Part shown: positions 56,168 through 64,000 of the stretch, piece by piece
Numbering within the stretch: position 1 is the first letter of the stretch
Layout of the letters: every line of letters starts with the position of its first letter
From: Diplonema japonicum
Taxonomy: Eukaryota; Protista; Euglenozoa: Diplonemea
Direction: 5' to 3'
Assembly: GCA_964019335.1 (NCBI GenBank)
Contig: OZ025731.1
Location: 186,001-250,000 of the forward strand
Length of the DNA: 64,000 bases
Translations under genes and position numbers: made by a program
The notes under the pieces: generated by a model
What the model was told of the DNA's origin: nothing
Databases searched by the model: none
The model's input: the letters and a program-made list of their open reading frames with translations, nothing else

Positions 56168-58225
56168 ATGCAAATAATTCTTCACGTAGCAACACTCTCG
56201 TTGGCAAGCATTCCGGATGAAGAGCTGCCTCCCCTTGCCCAGGAGATCGACGGCCCAACCTATGAAAACTACACCGCTGCCATGGACAATTGCGTGTGGT
56301 ACCAGCCCGCGGTGTATGATGCGGCATCCACCATCCACCTCTTCTCATACAAGCTAAACAAGGACTTCCTCGGCGGCACCGAACTGTCGCAAATGCCTTT
56401 GTCACAGTACATCCCTACCTCCGGCATGTACTCTGCTTGCGATGTAATCGGCGGATCCTTCTGCTACGGCGTCGTCAAGAGGTCTAAGTCAGTGGGAGGT
56501 ACCCTATGCGTCCTCCCAGAGTGCAAGGAAGCCGACCTCAACAACATCTTAAAAGGAGTCCTTCTTCCGTTAATCGCGAAAAATGAGCTGAAGGACCCTG
56601 CAAACATAGTGTCAAGACTCACAAGCTTCAAATGCCACAGGGAAGACCCGAAGTTCAAGGATGATAATGATGCGATTGGCGTGGTGTCATTTATCGCAAC
56701 AATTGGATTTATCTCCATAGTCTGCACCGTGGTGTGCAGATGTGTTGAGATGAACGACATGCTGAAGGACGCTGTAAGGGAAGCAAAGGAGAAGGAGACA
56801 CCTAACGAACCAGAAGAGATCGACATGTCCACAAAGCTATTGAACCCCGTTGCTAAACGAAGTACGGAAACACGAAAAAAATCAGAACAACCCGAAAAAC
56901 GGTGTTTTTTTTTGAAACTCTGCGACTGTTGGGATCTGAAGCTTGCCGTGAAGGAACTTTTCGCAACATCAAGCAGGCCGACAAACTTTCTGAACATGAT
57001 GCGTGTCGTCTCCAGTGTGTGGATTATCTACCAGCACATCCCCGACCTCCCTGTTGAAAACGCCACTGAAAACGAGCACGATATGTATGATTACATGAAG
57101 TCCTTCAACGGATACTTCTACACAGGAGGGCTCTACGCCGTCGACACCTTTTTCTTCATGAGCGCGTTCCTCGTCGCTTTGCTCGGTGTAAAAACCTGGC
57201 CGCGTACCGACCCCGTCCTGCAACAAGCGAAACGCGTCGCGATGTGTTACTTAGATAGATATGTCAGGATTACCCCGGTTTACGGACTTTGTATACTTGC
57301 CGCGTACCATGTTTTCATGTATATTTCAAGCGGGCCGTTTGCGAGGCTTGCTGCGAATGGGGGGAGTCTTGCAGAGCCGTGTGGAGACAGGTGGTGGAGA
57401 AACCTGCTTTTTATTAACAATTTCAAAGCGGATGACCCGTTGTGCTTCGGGCATTGTTGGTACCTCGCGTGCGACTTTCAGTTGATGGTTTTCGGCGTCC
57501 TTATTGTAGCGGGTTACGCACACAAACCCCGTTACACAGTGCTTGTTTCTTCTTTTTTAATTGTTGCCTCGTTGTCGGTGTGTTACGCGCGAACCCGTGG
57601 CTCAGGGGATCAGTACACAGGCGGCTTCAACCGTAGTTATGTAAAACCGTGGATCAGAGCGCCTCCTTATTTATTCGGGCTTCTTTCCGCGTTTGCTTAC
57701 ACGTCCGATGCCAACGAGAATATTAAAATTGTCTTAAAAAACCACTCTGTTCGATGGGGCGGGTACCTTGTCGTGGGTTCTACGATGATCGGCTGTTGTT
57801 TCATACCATGGGCAGCCTATAGGGATCGGGTCAACGGGGACACATGGAGCAAGGATCAGATCGCTTGGTCGCAGGTCGCGTATCATTTTTTGTGGGGTGC
57901 TGCTTTGTCTATACTAACTTTGACATTTGTGAATGGTCATGGAGGGTGGGTCAGGGATATGATGGCACATGGTGTCTGGGAGCCTCTAGGGAAGTTGACT
58001 TTCTCAGTGTATCTCATCCACCCTATGATTATTGGGATTGCGAAGCTAAGCTACGGTCCGAATCTTGTTCATTTTAACGGGTGGTGGTTTACTTTTATCA
58101 CGACCGGTGTTGCTGTGGGTTCTTACGTTGCTGCTGGGTTGTTGTTCGTGTTTGTGGAACGCCCTGTTGCTGCGACGTGGTCATTACTCAGCGGGAGGAG
58201 TAAAAGGAGAGCTGTTAAAAAGTAA
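56168..58225 (+). CDS. Acyltransferase-3 family membrane O-acyltransferase (NRF-6-like), intronless
   Basis: Signal peptide and Cys-containing luminal domain; FLNMMR, AVDTFFFMSAFL, RYVRITP, C...WWRNLLFINNF, HCWYLACDFQ, YVKPWIR, PLGKLTFSVYLIHP, VERP. Confidence 0.92.
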   Translation: MQIILHVATLSLASIPDEELPPLAQEIDGPTYENYTAAMDNCVWYQPAVYDAASTIHLFSYKLNKDFLGGTELSQMPLSQYIPTSGMYSACDVIGGSFCYGVVKRSKSVGGTLCVLPECKEADLNNILKGVLLPLIAKNELKDPANIVSRLTSFKCHREDPKFKDDNDAIGVVSFIATIGFISIVCTVVCRCVEMNDMLKDAVREAKEKETPNEPEEIDMSTKLLNPVAKRSTETRKKSEQPEKRCFFLKLCDCWDLKLAVKELFATSSRPTNFLNMMRVVSSVWIIYQHIPDLPVENATENEHDMYDYMKSFNGYFYTGGLYAVDTFFFMSAFLVALLGVKTWPRTDPVLQQAKRVAMCYLDRYVRITPVYGLCILAAYHVFMYISSGPFARLAANGGSLAEPCGDRWWRNLLFINNFKADDPLCFGHCWYLACDFQLMVFGVLIVAGYAHKPRYTVLVSSFLIVASLSVCYARTRGSGDQYTGGFNRSYVKPWIRAPPYLFGLLSAFAYTSDANENIKIVLKNHSVRWGGYLVVGSTMIGCCFIPWAAYRDRVNGDTWSKDQIAWSQVAYHFLWGAALSILTLTFVNGHGGWVRDMMAHGVWEPLGKLTFSVYLIHPMIIGIAKLSYGPNLVHFNGWWFTFITTGVAVGSYVAAGLLFVFVERPVAATWSLLSGRSKRRAVKK

Positions 58226-58226
58226 A

Positions 58227-58653
58227 AATAGCTATTTATTGCCAACAAATAATGAGTCATTATTTAACGAGTGTTAAATAATGGCTCATTTGGCGGCAAG
58301 TAAGTCGTTTTATTTCACTTTTCGTCATTTGAGTCACTCACTCTTCACTGCTTTCAAGGTAATACAGGGTAGCTATTTCGCCGTGGCATTTAAAGGGGAA
58401 GTAAGGCACTTATTCCCACTTTTAAGGGCTGGAATGGCCTCAGATGGCCAAAAATAGTCAAAATACCCCCACCCCAAAAAAACTTTTTAAGGGGTCGTGT
58501 GCATTTTTTTCCACGGCGAGACTCATTTTCCCACTCTGAAGGGCCATTATTTAACGCGTTAAATAATGGCCGTTTCGCGTTAAATAATGGCCATTTCGCG
58601 TTAAATAATGAGGCCCCTAGTGAGTGAAGAAAATGACGAAGAGTGAAATAAAA
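58227..58653 (-). mobile_element. Helentron-like element, diverged subfamily (copy 3)
   Basis: Same termini as copy 2 (AATAGCTATTTAYTGCCAACAARTAATGA ... GAAGAGTGAAATAAAA). Subterminal IR 58308-58330 pairs with 58631-58653; hairpin 58241-58294; 3x CGCGTTAAATAATG. Confidence 0.72.
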
Positions 58654-59374
58654 AAAAAAAAAAAAAAAAAAGTTTCATCCTCTTCCAAAAAAGAAATGTT
58701 TGGTTCGCTCCCTTTCTAGCTTTATTCGAGAAAAGAAGAAAAAAAAAATGGACAAATCGGAAGTCAGTTGTGTTGAAGAGGAAGCTGTGCTGTGCTCTTA
58801 TAAAAGTTGTGGCAGCACTTTTTTTTTTCTCTGTTTCACGCCGCTGCACCCCCCCTTTTTTTTTGAAATTTTCGCCTTTTTTTTTCTATTTTCCATTCCC
58901 TTCCCCTTTACACCTTCTTGTTTCGCTTTTGTGTCCCTGAACCTATTTGTTATAATGAATTCTTTTTCTTTTTTTTTTTTCCTCGGAGGAAAGGAAGGGG
59001 GAGATAAAAGAAAAAAAGGAGTAGTAAGCACTTTTTAAACACTCCTTAAACCTTCCCTGCTTGACTCACCTTTAGCTTACCGGTTCATCTCCCTATCTTC
59101 TGTTTTTTTTTTTTTCTTCTTTTTTTTTTCTTCCTCTTCTTCTTCTTTCAGTTGCTTGTACGCCAGGCGGTTTATAAGCAACCAAAGTCATTCTTCTTCT
59201 TTTTCTCTTTCTTTTTTTTTTTCTTCCACGACCTTCAGATCATGGTCTTTTTTTTTTCCCCGTTCATTCTTTTGCGGGAGGGAAAAAAAAAAAAGAAAAA
59301 AAAAAGAGAAAATTATATGATTATTGAACCAACTAACTGTAAAAGCTATGACCACAGCCACCTCAGTTGACACC

Positions 59375-59417
<43 letters not shown>

Positions 59418-59422
59418 AGAAA

Positions 59423-60064
59423 ATGTTCAGCAAAATGATGATGCTCGCGGCAACGGTCGCAGTGGCTGAGGGTGTTGCGATCAAGTGGACGGGCATCGTG
59501 AACGACCAGCAGTGGACAACCCCGAACAACTGGTACCCTGCGCAAGTTCCCGGGCCCGACGATGCAGTGACGATAGATGACTCTGAGGGGAAGGACGCAA
59601 TTGTGGTTCTGGTGCAACCTGCTGTGGTGGGCTCCCTCACGATGGGGAGCCTTGTGTCCAACAATGCCAGGCTGAGGGTCCTTGCTCCCCTCACTGTGAA
59701 CTCCTACACCTCTGTGCAGCCCAACGGTGTCCTTGAGGTCAGCAGTGGCATTGCGTCCCTTACCTGCGCAAGCACAGTTGTCGCCGGGCAGCTGGAATTC
59801 GCTGCTGGAACCCTCAATATCAATGCCACCATCACCGGCCTCGCCAACATCTCCACACAGGCAGCCAAGGTCTTCTTGAACTCGAACATCAAAGTTGTCT
59901 CCTCGCAGACCGTCCTCGCCTCTGGCTCCCTTCAGTTCAAGCAGTCCTCTTCTTTCGTCACCGACACAGGTGTCACCTCCCAGGGAATGGACTTCCAGTG
60001 CATTGTGATGGACCAGAGCACTGGAAACAAGTTTCATTCCAGTGGTTTCAACTGGGGGAACTAG
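59423..60064 (+). CDS. Secreted beta-solenoid-like protein, copy 5 (type B with type A patches)
   Basis: ATG at 59423 after poly(A); mosaic sequence. Confidence 0.9.
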   Translation: MFSKMMMLAATVAVAEGVAIKWTGIVNDQQWTTPNNWYPAQVPGPDDAVTIDDSEGKDAIVVLVQPAVVGSLTMGSLVSNNARLRVLAPLTVNSYTSVQPNGVLEVSSGIASLTCASTVVAGQLEFAAGTLNINATITGLANISTQAAKVFLNSNIKVVSSQTVLASGSLQFKQSSSFVTDTGVTSQGMDFQCIVMDQSTGNKFHSSGFNWGN

Positions 60065-60107
60065 GCATCTCTCTCCCCACGGTGGGGCACCCGCAACAAA
60101 ATAGATC

Positions 60108-60140
<33 letters not shown>

Positions 60141-60182
60141 CCCTCGCTTCGTTGCACGCGCTTAGTGTTGCAATCAAAGCTG

Positions 60183-60219
<37 letters not shown>

Positions 60220-60587
60220 GCGGGCCGTTGCTAACCACTTCGTTCCTATCATAGTGAATTTTTATTTCATTCTTATTATTAATTCAGTTATCAGCGCACC
60301 CCTTTGTCCCGAAACTGCTGCTGAAGGGTGATAGATCCAGGTAGTGGAAGAGAACAAGGAGCGTCTCACAATGACTTCCTTTTTGCTCATACATTTTTTT
60401 TTTTTTTTTTTGCATGTATTTTGGGCTTATCCTTCTACAGGTTAGTCCCGGCTGTGCACAAACAACAATCAACCGACTCTTTTTTTTTCTTTTTTTTTTT
60501 TTTTTTACTTACCAGCGCAAAAAAAGATAGATCGAGTTTTTTTTATCCAATGTGTTGGTTTAAGTACCAAGAATCCTTCTTTTCCTG

Positions 60588-60639
<52 letters not shown>

Positions 60640-61163
60640 ACCAGACAGCAACCGCAGAACGGTGACCGATTAGTGGAATTTCTTCCTGAACAGTGAGCGC
60701 CCCCATGCACACTGAAATTTTATCGAGTTTTTTTTTTTTTTTTTTTGTTGAACCTCGAACCGCCCCATTCGAAGGGATCTTCCAGTTTTGTTTCCTTCTT
60801 CTTTTTTTTTTTTTCTTTGGTGTCATCAAAACCCCCTTTCGTTGCCTCTATCATTGTGAATCCCTCCCTTTCCCCCACTCCTTTATCCACCAATTTCCCC
60901 CCTCTTTTTTTTTTTTTTTTTTTTCTCTCCAGAGTTTTTAAAATCCGCTGAGAAAAAAAAAAAGAAACAAAAAAAATTATGACATTGCCATCTTTTTTTT
61001 TTCCTTCTCCGCTTCGAATTTAGAAGAAACCCCCCCCCCCCCCACTTCACTTTGATGAATTTCGTTGTGCCTTTTGGATTCTTCTTTTTTTTTTAATTAC
61101 TTTTTAACTTTTTTAAACTGCAACACAAACACATTCGAAGAAAAAAAGAGAAAAAAAAAAACA

Positions 61164-61805
61164 ATGTTCAACAAAATGATGATGCTCGCAGCGACGGTCG
61201 CAGTGGCTGAGGGTATTGCGATCAAGTGGACGGGCATCGTGAACGACCAGCAGTGGACAACCCCGAACAACTGGTACCCTGCGCAGGTTCCCGGTCCCTA
61301 CGATACGGTGACGATCAATGACGCTGAGGGGAAGGACGCAATTGTGGTTCTAGTGTCACCTGCTGTGGTGGGCTCCCTCACGATGGGGAGCAACAACGAA
61401 AACAATGCCAGGCTGAGGGTCCTTGCTCCCCTCACTGTGGACTCCTACATTTCTGTGCAGCCCAACGGTGTTCTTGAGATCAACAGTGGTGCTGCGTCCC
61501 TTACCTGCGGAAATACAGTGGTCGCTGGTCAGCTGAACTTCGGCTCCGGGGTTCTCAGCACGAATGCCACCATCACCGGCCTCGCCAACATCTCCACACA
61601 GGCAGCCAAGGTCTTCTCGAACTCGAACATCAGGGTTATCTCCTCGCAGACCGTCCTCGCCTCTGGCTCCCTTCAGTTCAAGCAGTCCTCTTCTTTCGTC
61701 ACCGACACAGGTGTCACCTCCCAGGGAATGGACTTCCAGTGCATTGTGATGGACCAGAGCACTGGAAACAAATTCCATTCCAGTGGTTTCAACTGGGGGA
61801 ACTAG
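61164..61805 (+). CDS. Secreted beta-solenoid-like protein, copy 6 (type B)
   Basis: ATG at 61164; 3' flank homologous to that of copy 4. Confidence 0.9.
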   Translation: MFNKMMMLAATVAVAEGIAIKWTGIVNDQQWTTPNNWYPAQVPGPYDTVTINDAEGKDAIVVLVSPAVVGSLTMGSNNENNARLRVLAPLTVDSYISVQPNGVLEINSGAASLTCGNTVVAGQLNFGSGVLSTNATITGLANISTQAAKVFSNSNIRVISSQTVLASGSLQFKQSSSFVTDTGVTSQGMDFQCIVMDQSTGNKFHSSGFNWGN

Positions 61806-62389
61806 AATAAAGAGGGGGGGGGGGGGGGGGGGGGGGATTTCTTTTTAAAAAGGGGTGAAATGAAATCTCCTCCCTTGGATCCGAAGCCCCCCTTTTTGTT
61901 GTTTTTGGTTGTATTACAGCTATGACACAATTTTTTTTTTTAAAAAATTTTTTTTTAAATTTTTCCGTTTTATTTTGACGAAGAGATAACCAATAGAAAC
62001 AAGGTACCTTTTAGGTTTTTTTTTTTTTTTTTTTTTTTTTGTTGCTGTACCCTGGGTTTGCTCTTTTTTTCCACCAACGTTTATGCCGCTTTTTAAAATC
62101 GATCCCCCCCTTCCCCTCACTCCCACTTATCTCCAGAATTAGACGAGGCGGGAATAAAAAAAAAAAAGAAAAGAAAAAAAAAACCTCATTGAAGTCAGTT
62201 ACTTCTTTACCATTGTTTTTTTTCCCTCTTTCCCCCCCCCCCCCCCCGCCTCTCAATTCCCTTTTATTCTTTTTAATATAATCATCTCCCGGCACTGTAG
62301 AAACAATCGCCTTTATTCTCATCATCCGTACAAGGGCAAATCTCTATTGTTGTCAGGGGGGGTTTTTTTTTTATTCTTTTTTTCTTTAG

Positions 62390-62590
62390 GTGTCGGCGGT
62401 GGACCTCATCGTAAAAAATAAACGCAAGCGGAAAATAGTGAAGTCCCGCTTCTCCAGGAGGCCCATCTTCGCCACCCACACCACGCACGACAAGCTGATA
62501 GAATTGAAAACCGCCAACAAGCGGGACCGCATCACTCGACTCCTCAAGACGCCCACGGCCTCGATCGAGATGAAAGCAATGCTCCAGAAG
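62390..62590 (+). other. Possible orphan exon or gene fragment (basic, VSAVDLIVKNKRKRK...AMLQK)
   Basis: GC-rich coding-like island directly after a poly(T)-TAG acceptor; no start codon or family identified. Confidence 0.3.
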
Positions 62591-63479
62591 GGGAGTATTA
62601 ACAACTGTACTTTGAGTTTTCTTTTTCGTAGCAGTGTTGGGCTTATCCTTCTACGGGTTAACCGCACAAATAACAATCATCCGACTCTTTTTTTTTTTTT
62701 TTTTTTCATTCACATGATTCCCTGCCGTCCTCAGAACCTACCACTTTCTTTTTTTTTTCTTTTTCTTTTTTTTTTTTTTTTTGGTGCTCTACACGGCGAA
62801 TCACAGACTTGTACCAGCGCTTGTCCTGAATATGATCAAGCACGGGCGAGTCCACCTTACCACTCCTGCTCACTAAAAATTGAAAAAGAAGGGGGAAAAA
62901 AATTGTTTTTTTTTATTCTGCTTCTTCCTTCTTCTTCTTCCTGTGTGAATTGTCGTCAAAGAACGAGAAACTTCTGTTTCTCTCTGTTTTCTTTTTTGGA
63001 GATACAAAGAGTACATCAGATGTGTTGTTCGCTGTTGATCTTAACGAAAACTGAGCTGCTCACCGCACGCATTAAGGACACGGAATGCAGAGAAGCTACA
63101 GTTCGCACCTCATCTCCCCCCTCTCGGCAAAAAAAAAAAAAGAAAATAATAGAACCCGTCCTTACGTTTATCTCAAAAATAAAAAAAAGAAAATGGGGGG
63201 GGGAAGAAAAAGAGAATCGGGGGTCCTTTTCTTTCTTCTGTTTCTCCCCCCCGTCCTATTTTCTTCTTTTTTTTTCCTGTGTGAAGTCACAAAAGAAATT
63301 CCTTCATTTTTTTTTTAAACTTTCCTACTCGTTGCCGGGAAAAAAAAAAAAAAATTGGCCCCACATTTCTTCTTGTACTTTAAAAAAAAAAAGAACCTTT
63401 TTTTTTTTTTTTTCTCCTCTTCCATTTTTTTTTTATTTCATCGCGTCCCCCCCCCCCCCCCCCCCCTCCTTCAACTCGA

Positions 63480-63513
<34 letters not shown>

Positions 63514-63885
63514 GTAAACAAAAACCCACCGGAAGATAAAATATCCGGACCGCCGAAACATCCGGTGATTTTTTTCTTCCGGACATTTTTTTTTTTTGGG
63601 CACTTTTCTAAGGGGGTACCAAGCCTGTCCTGCGCACTGTCCCCTCTGTCTGGAAAACTTATATTTCTGTTGCAAGAGTCTTAAGAACGGCAAAAATAAA
63701 ATTCAAATTAACAGACGAAAGCTGCATGCTCTAAAAAGGGGAAGGACATATCTCGCGACCCCTCCAGGTGCTGACCTCTTCAGGTGACTGAAATGACATT
63801 GCAAGTGGGAATATCTTCAGGTGAGAGGCACCCTTCAATGGCTGCGTTCCGACCAATAAAACTATAAAAGGGGGCGAGGAAAGCG

Positions 63886-64000
63886 CTACCTGTCCGCACG
63901 TCTGGCCGTCTTGTCTGCTGCCTTCGCAGTCTTGGCAGTGCGCCTGGCCTCGGCCTCAGCAAGTCTTGGGCTGGCACAAATAGGTGAGGTCTGGGGGGAC
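63886..64000 (-). other. Possible 3' end of a minus-strand ORF at window edge
   Basis: Open from the edge: SPQTSPICASPRLAEAEARRTAKTAKAADKTARRADR*; too short to classify. Confidence 0.25.

Noticed and set aside
31193-58225. FkbH-ACP plus acyltransferase-3 as one glyceroylation pathway cluster
   Set aside because: They are 22 kb apart with unrelated housekeeping genes between; adjacency in polycistronic units is not evidence of shared function.
1-64000. tRNA, rRNA or spliced-leader RNA genes
   Set aside because: No cloverleaf, rRNA-length match or SL exon recognised; rRNA-like words are short antisense guides.

Overview
Eukaryotic genomic DNA, most likely from a euglenozoan protist of diplonemid type. 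This is an inference from three things: every credible protein gene lies on the + strand as in a polycistronic unit, short cis-introns are present, and the pseudouridylation guide RNAs are single-hairpin AGA-box type. Non-coding DNA is dominated by A/T/C/G homopolymers, so many ORF-track entries are artefacts. I rebuilt about 28 genes by hand, including 18 short GT-AG introns (34-82 nt), many of them essentially GT-(G-rich)-poly(A)-AG with no pyrimidine tract. Housekeeping genes: mitochondrial carrier, VPS45, PLK, MAP3K, RIB43A, PP2C, NAA15, an AIR9-like Ig-repeat protein, a methyltransferase, a J-domain protein and an acyltransferase-3. Other content: three shuffled clusters holding about 22 snoRNA copies with recognisable rRNA targets; two identical copies of a Cys-rich secreted protein; a six-copy secreted beta-solenoid family; three Helentron-like non-autonomous elements; and a TIR element carrying a decayed tyrosine-recombinase fragment. 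The most unusual genes are a stand-alone FkbH-ACP-ankyrin fusion, a Speedy/RINGO-like CDK activator outside animals, and a kinase-BspA-LRR fusion. Family and rRNA-target assignments come from remembered consensus motifs, not database searches.
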